Shown: positions 34,047-53,244 of the stretch, piece by piece
How the letters are laid out: every line of letters starts with the position of its first letter
How positions within the stretch are numbered: the stretch's first letter is position 1
Origin: Blastocystis sp. Blastoise
Taxonomy: Eukaryota > Protista > Bigyra: Opalinata
Direction: 5' to 3'
NCBI GenBank assembly: GCA_039096225.1
Contig: JBBPEB010000015.1
Coordinates: forward strand, 992,001-1,056,000
Length of the DNA stretch: 64,000 bases
The notes under the pieces: model-generated
The model's database searches: none
Seen by the model: only the letters and a program-made list of their open reading frames with translations
What the model was told of the DNA's origin: nothing
Made by a program: the position numbers and the translations under genes

Positions 34047-37000
34047 ATGATCATAGCAACATTATTATCTGAGAGACATGACACTTATCATAGATCAACT
34101 ACCTTGATTGCAGATGAAATCAACAATGTGAATATTTCTTTAAATAATGAGAATACACCAATTGAGATAGAAAATGGTGATATTATAAGGCAGATCATGC
34201 AACTCATCTTATCACAAAAAGTATACGGTTTATATTAATATATATATAATATATACCTCTCTTTTAATATAAGCCATTATTATATTTCTTCAACACAATA
34301 CCTACTAATCATTTTATCTAGATAATTCATGAGAAAGTGAGTACAAAAGAGGATGCCATGAATGACCTAATTTTTGAGTGTTGGAGAAAACTAGGTATTA
34401 GCTTTCAAAAAGTAGCAAATTTGTATGAATTAATAAATAATTTAATAAGCGAATTTGACATTGATCTTCCTATATTAACAATACCCAAATGCTCACAAAA
34501 TATTGTAAGAAAATATGTTAGAAATTCTATATATAAGCCTCTTCATATAAATATATTTTCATGTAATAAGTGTCATGTAATACATACATATAATACAATA
34601 CAAGCATATCCATTATTTAAAGATATAACATGTAGTAATCCTATATGCAACGGAAATATATGTATATATTTCTAGAAGTAGTTATATATATATATATATA
34701 TATCACAAAACATTATATAATTCTTATATAGGTAACAAACAAGTTATTATTCCACTAATTCCCCGACTTCAAGCCATACTTTCATCTCCATATTATATAC
34801 AAGATATTGAATTTTATCGAAAAGATGAGATAGAACAAATATATAGTAGTCTTAATAATAGTAACCTAGATTCAATGATTCAAAATATACCAAATTACAT
34901 GCTAGGAATGAATTATAAATCATATCTTAGAGATTGTGCCAATAATGGTGATATCATTTTATCATTCAACGTTACTACAGACGGTATATCGATGTTTGAT
35001 AAGGCTGTTACTAAGCAGAATAGTTCTTCAAACCCAATTTTGATCCAATTATTAAATTATAAGAAATTTAGAAAGTACGATAAAAGAGAGTTCTATATGT
35101 ATACTTGCGTAGATGAGCCTTCTATTGACTTATGCCTTGATATACTGATGGCTGAATTCAAGTTACTCCAAGCTGGAATAAACATGGATATTTATCTTGA
35201 TGGGAGATTACAGAATAGGAAAGTAGTTGGCATATTAATTAATACATTTGGAGATTCTGCAGCATTATCTCATGTAGGTAAATTTTTAGGTCCATCATCT
35301 ACATATCCTTGTAGATTTTGCGATATGCAAAGCGATAAGCATGCTGAACTATTACATGAAGGTATGAAGTGTTCCTATTCTCATGTATCTATATCAGTTC
35401 AAAAGTCGAATACTGGAGTCCATATATATATTCCATGTTATCAGTTTCTTCTTAAATGGATTAATAAAACGAATACTTATATAAATAGTAAACCATATAT
35501 CATGTACAAATCCTTTTCGAAGAGTTGTAAGTTATATGAAGATTCATTTACTAATATTAGATACAATCCATATTCTAAAGAAGTAATTACTGAAATAAGA
35601 AGTAGTAATAATGATAATCCATCCTACAATAAAGGAATAAAAAAGGTAAGAAGTACTTCTGAACAACTTAGCTACTTTAATCCTTCAACATCATTTCCAT
35701 TAGATACTATGCATCTTTTTGGAAATGTTTGTAATACTTTATTAAGTTTATTATTTGGATTCAAGAAGGAAAATAAAAATAAAAGTAAGAAGAAGGAAGA
35801 AAGTAATAAAAGTAAGAAGAAGAAAGAAAGTAATAAAGGTAAGAAGAGGAAAAATAGTAATAAAGGTAAGAAGAAGAAAGATAGTAATAAATGTAATATG
35901 AAGGAAGATAGTAATGAAAGTAATATGAAGGAAGATAGTAATATGAAGGAAGATAGTAATGTAAGTAATATGAAGGAAGATCAATCGAATAAAAAGACAT
36001 CCTCAAATGAAAAAGAAAATGATAATACTAAAGAAAACCAGAGGAAACCATTTGAACTAAACCCAACAAATAAAAGCATTTTGGAAACACGTATCTCAGC
36101 AGTTAATAGTATATATGGGGATTGTGAATACCAGTTTCGTTATATACTAGATGAAACAATGTTCAACAAAATAAATACACACACGAAAATATTTTTCGTT
36201 TCTAAAATATTACCATTAATATTATATGATTTTAATTCAAAAGACAGTCCTATAATACCTCTTTTCGAATTATTAGCTTCTATTATTCATGATTGCCATA
36301 TATATAAAGCGAATGATATCGAAGACTTGGAAATGCTTGAAAAGAAATGTTTTACATTCACATTTCTCTGTGAGCTTATACTGCCAAAGCAATTAATTAC
36401 ATCTCAAATACATTCTATCCAGCACTTGGTCTCATGTTTAAGAAATACAGGAAGCTTATCAGTAACATCAACTTGGAAATCAGAATCATATTATTCTAAA
36501 ATTAAGCACTCATCTCATTCTCGCAATGAATTTAATATTTCCTGCTGCATGTCATCAATAACCAAAGAAACAATTTTAGTATCTAATGATCATCAAGGAA
36601 GATCCAATAACAGAAACGAAATAAGTAATATATCTCAACCATGTGAAGATATGCAACATGATAAGAATACTATTTACTATAATCCTGTTGGAAACAATAA
36701 AACATATATATATTCTGCTAGTTGTTCTCATTATTCTGAACCGATAGAGATGCCAGATAAAGTACTTTTCCAGTTTCTCAAAATAATTCTTGAAGAAGGA
36801 TCTCAAACACTTATTAATTATCTAATAGATGGTATTATTGGTTGGACAGGAGAAAATAGAAATTATAATTTAAACTTATTTATAGAAAATAATTTTCATC
36901 AGTTGAAGGATAATTATAATAAACTATCTGTTAGTTTCTATGATAGAATCCTTGTTAATAACAAACTTATATATACAACCAGCCAAGTTGATGATGGTGT

Positions 37001-37298
37001 ACATAGAATAGATAATTCATACTTGATATATTATGAAAAAGAAAATAATCATCAGCCACATCTTGTAAAGGCCTTAAAATATATAAAGGTGAATGATTCC
37101 ATATTTGTAATGAATTACGATTATGGTCCAGCATTATCATCTGCAACAGGATTATATTATCACTTTATGGACAGTCAAGGGTTTCAAGGATTCCAAAATA
37201 TTAACATATTTCTTGCTTCAAACGTTTTAGTAATGGATATACATACAAATAAAACCCCTGATGACATTCTTTGTGAAGTATATACTTATATTAATTAA
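34047..37298 (+). CDS. CACTA/EnSpm-family DDE transposase (TnpD-like), ~1026 aa, apparently intact
   Basis: Exons 34047-34220, 34322-34661 and 34732-37298 total 3081 nt in frame. Motifs CNKC..CSNPIC, IIPLIPRLQAIL, LSFNVTTDGISMF (D1), GDSAALSHVGKFLGPSSTYPCRFC (D2+CxxC), LDTMHLFGN, HSIQHLV...GSL...WKSESY (E). Confidence 0.92.
35765..35985 (+). repeat. Coding tandem repeat (~24-nt unit, KKKESNKG/MKEDSNES-like) inside the transposase
   Basis: Repeated AAGAAG(G/A)AAGA(A/T)AGTAAT units in frame. Confidence 0.85.
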
Positions 37299-38349
37299 TA
37301 ATAAATAATAATATATTCATATTAGTATCATAATAAATACATCGTATGTATATTAGTAATAGTTATTTAGTATCATTTTTTATATTTCATTGTGTAGATA
37401 AATCTTTTAATTACTAATATAATAATTATTATAATGAATTCATTTTACTTTTATATATATTTAATTATCAGAATGATTACCTTCATCTTTATATGCATAT
37501 ATATATTCTTAATACTAATTATTTATATATTATTAACTATAAAAAATTTTGTCAAATAATATCTTTTATTGTTTCTATACTTTATTCTTCTTTATATAGG
37601 AAAAACAAACCAAAGAAAAGACTATCCAAAGGTCTACGTTGACAGTAACTTCAGAAGATGTTTATACTTATACAACATTTATACCAAAAGACTACATGCA
37701 TGTGAATGGGTACATTTCCATGTAAATACTTATAAAATTATATGTATAATCGTATTTAAACTTTGACTTTTTTATAATTTATATTTTTAATGTATAATTT
37801 CATACATATTATCTCTTATAATCACTTTTTGGTTGTTCTTGTTATTAATGAATTTCATAACATAAAAGCAGATCATAGTAGGTTTTTCTAACTTAATTCA
37901 ACTTCATAATAGTTAAAATTACAGTGAATAAATGTTTTAAATAATACATAAAAAAATGTTCAAATTCATATCTATTTACAACTTTTTTCACCAATAATCT
38001 ATATATATGAAGCAATAATCATCGAACTTTTCAAGTATCTAATATTATATCGAATAATATATATATTATATTGATTTGTACTAAATTCATTCATATTTAC
38101 TGAATATATCCTTATTTCATTGTATTTTTCTATCCATAATAATAAAGCATCTTATTTAAAAACTATTACATGTTCTATTCAAAATAGAATGAGCATAGAC
38201 TTATTTAATTTAATCTTCTAAATTCTCATATATTTTTTTAAATGTTTAATATATAATCCTATTTTATTGTTATTAATTCATAAAGTAATTATTACAGTAA
38301 TATATGTTTTCTATATATTTTACTAAACCATTTTCAATAACCATATTAG

Positions 38350-39200
38350 TAGATCTTTTGTTACTAATAAATGAAATATTAATGGCAAACCATAATGAGT
38401 AATATATGATTTTTGTATGAACAGTCATATGATGAGAGTAAGAAAAGAGATAGAAGAAAAAATAATTAAAAGGAGAATCTGCATAGCAATACTATATTAT
38501 AATCTCATTAATCTATAGTATTATTAGTAGTAATAATAGACATTCATTGATAGTTGTGATAGAACTATTTATGATCTAAGATCAGTAGAGGTTATAAAGA
38601 AAGTAATAGTACTTCAAGTATTATTACTTATGGTATTCTTTCTTTAAAGATATGATTACGAAAACCGAATTACATATTGATATCATAACATTTTTGGTAT
38701 TTAAATTAATTTAAAAACTGTTAGTAAAGGAGGTACAATCATTTAATGACATAGCATAATATTTTAATTGATTCAAAATGTAAGAGAAATTAGAAAACAA
38801 GAATAGAAAACATAATTATAATCTTATCATTGTTCTTATTAATAACTACTATTATACGTAGTATTAGGAGAAGAAAGAGGAAAAATATAAAAGGTATTGC
38901 ATAGTAGTATATTCCAAATATATAAGTATTAACAATATTAGAAGCAATAGACAGAAAAAGGATTTGGTGTATAATAGTTTAAGTAGCAGAATATCATTAG
39001 TATTAGATATAGTATTATTGGAATAAGAATGTAAAAAGACATGACACATATAAAATATCTTTAATATCATTACAACTAGACATAATAATAACGGTAGTAG
39101 TAGCACAAAATATTTCTATTATATTTAAGAATTCTTATAATTATTATGAGCATGCGTATTATAACGAAAACAAGAAGAAAATTGTAGGAGTTTAGTAATA
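38350..39200 (-). pseudogene. Probable heavily decayed 3' part of the captured exportin-7 gene
   Basis: Residual motifs in expected order: LLLPLL...ISNTNDILLLK (cf. exportin-7 TTPVLK...SSPNGILLFR) and LKKEYHK**YLKYYYFLYNL (cf. YPKL..xYY..LE.L). Many stops; assigned by eye. Confidence 0.45.
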
Positions 39201-39599
39201 GTAGTAGTGTCATCATCAGCTTATTATATAAAAATACAAGGAGACATAACAGTATGGGTATGTTCTAACAAGAGGAAGATTATTTTGAAGAAATATTTGT
39301 ATTACGATGAAAATATAATCAGTTGTTAGAATAAAAAGGCTTATACTAGTAATACTATTATACTTCATGATCTTCTGATTGTTATATAGAGAAGACTATT
39401 AATATTATTGATTCTTTATTAGTATTAGTATATGTACTATTATTTATAATCTTAGTATCTTAGTATTTGCATCCAAATTACTGATTCTTAATATAGCATT
39501 CATTCTTCTTCATGCTTTATTATTATTCTTATTGTTAATACACTTGATATGACTTTTGTTTTTGTTATTAATAACTGTAATATACAGCAGTAATATATG

Positions 39600-42240
39600 G
39601 AAGTAATAATATTTAAGGATGTAGTAATAATAGTATCATAAAGAAGTAATATTATCATAAAGAAGTAATAGTATCATAAAGAAGTAATAGTATTATAAAG
39701 AAGTAATAGTATTATAAAGAAGTAATAGTATTATAAAGAAGTAATAGTATCATAAAGAAATAAAAGTATTGTAAAGAAGTAATAGTATTGTACAGAAGTA
39801 ATATTATTATAAGGAAGTAGTTACATTATAAGGAAGTAATAATATTATAAGTAAGTAGTTAAATTATAAGTAAGTAATATTATAATGAAGTAGTAATATT
39901 ATTATTATAAGTAAGTAGTAACATTATAAGTTATATTATTAAAATGAAGTAATAATATTGTAATGAAGTAATATTATAAGTAAGTAGTAATAATATTATT
40001 ATAAGTAAATGGTAACATTATAAGTTATATTATTATAATGAAGTCATAGTATTATAAGGAAGTCATATTATAATGAAGTAATAATATTATAAGGAAGTAA
40101 TAATATTATAAGGAATTAATATTATTATAAGTAAGTAGTAATAATATTATTATAAGTAAGTAATAATATTATAATGAAGTAATAGTATTATATAGATGTA
40201 ATAATATTATAAGGAAGTAATAGTATTATAAGGAAGTAATAATAATATAAGTAAGTAGTAATAATATTATTATAAGGAAGTAATAATATTATGAGGAAGT
40301 AATAGTATTGTAAAGAAGTCATAGTATTATAAGGAAGTAATAGTATTATAATGAAGTAATAATATCATAAAGAAGTAATATTATTATAAAGAAGTAATCT
40401 TATTATAAAGAAGTAATAGTATTATAAGGAAGTAATAGTATTATAAGGAAGTAATAATATTATGAGGAAGTAATAATATTATCATAAGTACTAACATTAT
40501 AAGTTATATTATTATAGGTAAGTAATAATATTATAAGTAAGTAGTAACATTATAAAGAAGTAGTAACATTATAAAGAAGTAGTAACATTATAAAGAAGTA
40601 GTAACATTATAAAGAAGTATTAATATTATAAAGAAGTAATAATATTATAAGGAAGTAATAGTATTATAAGGAAATAATAGTATTATGAGGAAGTAATAAT
40701 ATTATAAGTAAGTAGTAATAATATTATAAGTACTGACATTATAAGTTATAATATTATAAGGAAGTAATAGTATTATGAGGAAGTAATAGTATTATGAGGA
40801 AGTAATAGTATTATAAGAAAGTAATAGTATTATAAGAAAGTAATAGTATTATGAGGAAGTAATAGTATTATGAGGAAGTAATAGTATTATAAGGAAGTAA
40901 TAGTATTATGAGGAAGTAATAATATTATAATGAAGTAATAATATTATAAGTAAGTAGTAATAATATTATAAAGAAGTAATAATATTATAAGGAAATAATA
41001 ATATTATGAGGAAGTAATAGTATTATAAAGAAGTAATAGTATTATAAGGAAGTAATAGTATTATAAGGAAGTAATAATATTATAAGGAAGTAATAATATT
41101 ATAAGTAAGTAGTAATAATATTATAAGTACTAACATTATAAGTTATAATATTATAAAGAAGTAATAATATTATAAGGAAGTAATAATATTATAAGTAAGT
41201 AATAATATTATAAGTAAGTAGTAATAATATTATAAAGAAGTAATAGTATTATGAGGAAGTAATAGTATTATAAGGAAGTAATAGTATTATAAGTACTAAC
41301 ATTATAAGTTATATTATTATAAGTAAGTAATAATATTATGAGGAAGTAATAGTATTATGAGGAAGTAATAGTATTATAAGTACTAACATTATAAGTTATA
41401 TTATTATAAGTAAGTAATAATATTATAAGTAAGTAATAATATTATAAGGAAGTAATAGTATTATAAGTAAGTAATAATATTATAAGGAAGTAATAATACT
41501 ATAAGTACTAACATTATAAGTTATATTATTATAAGTAAGTAATATTATTATAGGAAAGTAATAATATTATAAGTAAGTAGTAACATTATAAGGAAGTAAT
41601 AATATTATAAAGAAGTAATAATAATATGAGGAAGTAATAATATTATGAGGAATTAATATTATCATAAGTAAGTAGTAATAATATAAGGAAGTAATAATAT
41701 TATAAGGAATTAGTATTATCATAAGTAAGTAGTAATAATATTATTATAAGTAAGTAGTAATATTATTATAGGAAAGTAATAATATTATAAGGAAGTAGTA
41801 GTAATAAGGAAGCAATTACAATATTATTATAAAGAAGTTGTAATAATATTATAGGTAAGTAATATTATTATAGGTAAGTAATAATAGTATTATAGGAAAG
41901 TAATAATATTATAAGGAAGTAGTATTAATATTATTATAGGTAAGTAATAATATTACAGGTAAGTAATAATATTACAGGTAAGTAATAATATTATAGGTAA
42001 GTAATATTATTATAGGTAAATAGTAATAATATTATAGGTAAGTAATAATATTATAGGTAAATAGTAATAATATTATAGGTAAGTAATAATATTATAGGTA
42101 AGTAATAATATTATAAGGAAGTAATAATATTATAAGGAAGTAGTAGTAATAATTTTATAGGTAAGTAATAATATTATAAGGAAGTAGTAGTAATAATAAT
42201 AGTATAAGTAATAGTATTATAAGGAAGTAATAATACTATT
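39600..42240. repeat. Complex ~19-bp minisatellite (ATAAGGAAGTAAT[A/G]ATATT variants), 2.6 kb, inside the CACTA element
   Basis: Well over 100 variant units with higher-order blocks and extreme strand skew (almost no C on the + strand). Confidence 0.95.
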
Positions 42241-42446
42241 ATTATCGCCAAAAAAGTTAATTTCATCATTCATATTATTCTTCTTAGTTATAACATTAAT
42301 ATAATTCTTATCATTATTATAAGATAATATATTATTATTATAATTAGTACCTATAAGGCACTCATACTTATATTCTTATTATTTTCTTTACATGATTCTT
42401 TTTATTCTTATTATAATATCATAAAATCTAGAAGTGAGAAATAAAA

Positions 42447-42508
42447 TTATGAAAAGCAGAATCTATAGAATGTAAATAAATATTTCTGTGTAACGCTTGT
42501 AATAATAA

Positions 42509-42544
<36 letters not shown>

Positions 42545-43890
42545 TATATGTTTCAAGTGGATATTGAGTAGTTGATATATCTAATAGTAATTGAGAGCAG
42601 GCATGATCATTACAGAGATTAAGGAATATATCTAAGCAATTTTTAATAATCACTGTATTATCTTCCCAATAACGAAGGTTATTCAAAATTACATCGATTA
42701 AGTGATTTAATATATTACTCTTCTTACATCTAGACAAAAAATAAGATAAATCATCAATGCAATATTGATAAATTATTTATATATATATTTAATTTCTATC
42801 TATTAATACATAGCCAATAAATATATATAATTGCTCTTTTCGAGAGGAATTCATATCAAGAAAGGTATCATCAGGAAGACGCTTCTTATTCTCATATATA
42901 TATCTATATTTCTGAATTGTTCAAAGAAAATTTAATGATAATTCCATGTTGGAATTAATCCTACTAAATCAATTCTATATATATATATTTATACATATAT
43001 ATATATACTGTAAAAACGAAAGCAAAAACAAATGTAATAATATATAATAATATATATAATAATATATAATAACATATTATAATATAGTTTATATATATTT
43101 ACGTTAAGTCAATAACTAGCATTATGTTTAAGTTGAATAACTTCTGTACCTATTAATGATAGTTATTTTGAACCTGTGTTTGCTGAATACTTGATTAATA
43201 AAAACAGTAACAACAGTATTACAAAACCACGAAAGACAGCCTATAAATAATTGTTTAAGAATATATATATTGCTCAATAATTGTTTTATTCGCCAATTCT
43301 TGATAATCTGTAGTATTTACTCATACTTTAGAAAATTGATAAAGAAGGGTCTAGAAATACACGAGAATAGAAGTAATAAATATAATAATGAATATAAATA
43401 TAAACGTATATTTAAATGCAAATATAAACAAAAAAAGAGATTATTATAATAATACTATATACATTATATTCTTCATTAAGAGGATCAAAGCAGTTACATA
43501 TATATGTAGTATTCACTTAAAAAAATATCTGACTATTTGAGGTAATTGTTGCATTTCTATGGCTAAGCTTTCTGTATCACTAAGAGGGTTATTCATATCA
43601 TCATCAACATAATCATCTACACTTTCCATTTTACCATTAATATATGCTTGTATTAATTGATGAACAGATTCATTAAAACAACTTGTATTATCAATATCTG
43701 AACCGATCTGAACATAACGTTCAGCACAAATCAGTCAACTCCATAAAGTAAGTAAATAACTAAAAGAATTACTACACCATTGCCAATTCTTAAAGGAATC
43801 AATAGTAAAATTTGTTAAAAGACGAATAAATTCACTATATCGTGGAGTTCTGAAAAGTTCTGATAACTGGAAATTAGCCTAAAGAAATAG

Positions 43891-43935
<45 letters not shown>

Positions 43936-44610
43936 TTATAGTATAATATATTCGTATATAGAATTCATATAATACATTAATAATAATAATAATAAATATA
44001 TCTATATACTTTAAGTTTTCATAATAATTGACAGAACATATGATAAGTATCTTTATCATCAAATGCATGACTACGAGTTAATTGTTCAAAAACCTCTTCA
44101 ATTAATAATTTTAAGAATTCTAAACGAGATTCAGGTTTAACAAAGAGATAACGTCTCATAGAAGTCATCATTAATAAACAATGTAAACAAGTGACTGTAG
44201 TAGGAGGATAGCAGGAGTAATAACTAGATAAAGAAGATAATGATGACAATAATAATAAGTATAATAATAAGTATAATAATGATAGACATCTATTATATAA
44301 TATATATATATAATAATTACTATACAATGATTTTTAGTAAAGTTAAATAAATGAATAAATACAGAAAAGTATGTAATCTTAAATCAGAACAAAACATGAA
44401 TTTAATTTTTGCACAAAAACATATTCTGTTCTTGTTTAATATGATTAGACAAGCCGTAGACAATAGTAACAATCATAAAACTTAACCGATGTAGTTAATT
44501 CACAAAAGAATTGTGGCAGCATAACTTCTTAAATACTCTAATAAATATCCAAAACCATTATTGAAAGGCATAACTTCATTAACAACTGTAAACATCGAAA
44601 GGAAAAACTA
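42447..44610 (-). pseudogene. XPO7: Captured exportin-7 (RanBP16/17 family) gene segment, introns retained, disrupted
   Basis: Exons read CLHCLLMMTSMRRYLF...YHMFCQLL, ANFQLSELF...RLLTNFTIDSFKNWQWCSNSFSYLLTLWS*L, QAYINGKMESV...NPLSD and ILNNLRYWEDNTVIIKNCLDIFLNL, collinear with exportin-7 (LASVRRSLF, YHEFCRLL, NYQLGEL, NSVHYLLSLW, NLKYW). In-frame TGA at 43735-43737 and a frameshift near 43500-43525. Confidence 0.85.
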
Positions 44611-45686
44611 AAAAGACAACAGATTAACAACAACATATAAAAAAATCTATAAGATTATAAAGTAATACGTGTAGCAATTATATCTATAATAATCAAACAC
44701 ATTTATCAATTTAAAATAAATTATGACATTTTGTTAACAATAATTATAATAAAAATTCTTCGTTTAAAAAAAACGAAGAAAACTCGCTGTTTTTTACAAA
44801 AAAATTTTTCTTCGTTTTTTAATCATTCATTGACCTAATTCAAATGTTACAAGCTGTTCGTCATATAGAATAAAAATTAGTTGTGTCTTCTTACTTTTAA
44901 ATAAAAACTAACAAATTATATTGATTTACTCAAAATCGATATGAAATAATTTGGGCAACTATAATGTTTATAGCATATAATTTAGGGTGATTATGCTATG
45001 ATACAATTGTGAAATCAACACACAAACAAATATTTGAATCTGATGCAAAATATTCTATTGACGCATCATTAAGGGTGTCTTGTGGCTCATATACTCATAT
45101 CTGATATGAAATGAGTCTTAAAACAATTTTCAATTATATTTAGACATGTTTTAATTCAAAAATAGAAATAGACCAAGTTTTGAATGGGAAAAACATTCCC
45201 GTAAGTATTTCAAAAATTTAAGACTCTGGTCTGACTGTCCATCAAACAAATAGGCTCGGTTATTTTTTTTCACTGAAAAAAAAATAACAAAATTTGAATT
45301 TTTGGCTGAAATTTGGTTTTGAGCCATAGCGGCCATTTTATTAATTTTTATTCGTATATATGACTCTTAAAAATCTTTTACTCCAAACACAACTATAAAA
45401 AACTTTATAATATGGACCCGATGAATTAACCAAATTTCGACTTAAAACAAACTAAAAACGTTTTTGATATTATGTGACATTCTAAGACGAGAAAATAATG
45501 TCAATTTTTTAATAAAATATGTCTAATATGGTTTTTTATACCTAAGAAAAACTAAACTGAAAAAAAGTGTCAAAATTTTGTCAAAATTCACGATTTTTGC
45601 CTAAGTCGCTGAAGTAAATCTCATTCCATTGGTGGAACAAGTTTTGAACCAAAATCAACCAATCAGATACATTTAATAATTAAAAT

Positions 45687-45699
45687 ATCGCTGATAGTG
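45687..45699 (-). repeat. Right CACTA TIR
   Basis: ATCGCTGATAGTG followed by ATT. Confidence 0.93.
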
Positions 45700-46378
45700 A
45701 TTTCATATTCATTAAGAAAAGAATATATGTAATAATTTTAATATATTAAATAATTAAAATAAAGACGAAACAAATTATATTTAAGAAAATAAGAAAAATA
45801 GTGATATAAAAAAAGAAGATTAAAAGCATTAAAAAAATACCATAAATTTATCTAACAAAATAAAAACAAAAGTAAAAACTAAATTCTTTTTCTATTGATA
45901 TATATATGGATATAAATCAATAAGATATATATATATTAAACACAGTATAGAACTACAAATAAAAAAATACTATTAATTATGAAAAAAGAAAATAAAATAT
46001 AACATAACAAAAAAGATCCATATATAGAAAAAATAGAAAAAAAGAAAATATATAATAATGATGGTATTAAAAGAAAGAAAAGAAATATATAGAGTATAAG
46101 AATTTATATATGTAAAGATCTTTATATTACGAAATTATATAGAATTCATATCAATTTACCTATAAAGAAGGATGATTATTATAATTATTATAATAATATG
46201 TTATAGTTATTATATATACAGAGAGATATAGCTTAGATTGTAACCATTTCTATAGAGGGACAATCTGTTCTACATGAAAGATGAATAAAGTAGTATATTA
46301 ATAATATAATAATATAATTATAATAATATAACACTATAATGTATATCAATATATATATATATAACTCTTAAAAAATAT

Positions 46379-53244
<6,866 letters not shown>

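Larger units (their letters stand above)
32083..45699 (+). mobile_element. CACTA (En/Spm) transposon, 13617 bp, with transposase, second gene and captured exportin-7 sequence
   Basis: TIRs CACTATCAGCGAT (32083-32095) and ATCGCTGATAGTG (45687-45699); 3-bp TSD ATT (32080-32082 and 45700-45702); internal CACTA-type transposase. Confidence 0.95.

Noticed and set aside
39600-42240. Possible CRISPR array or telomeric repeat
   Set aside because: No unique spacers, no cas genes, eukaryotic context, and heterogeneous units inside a transposon.
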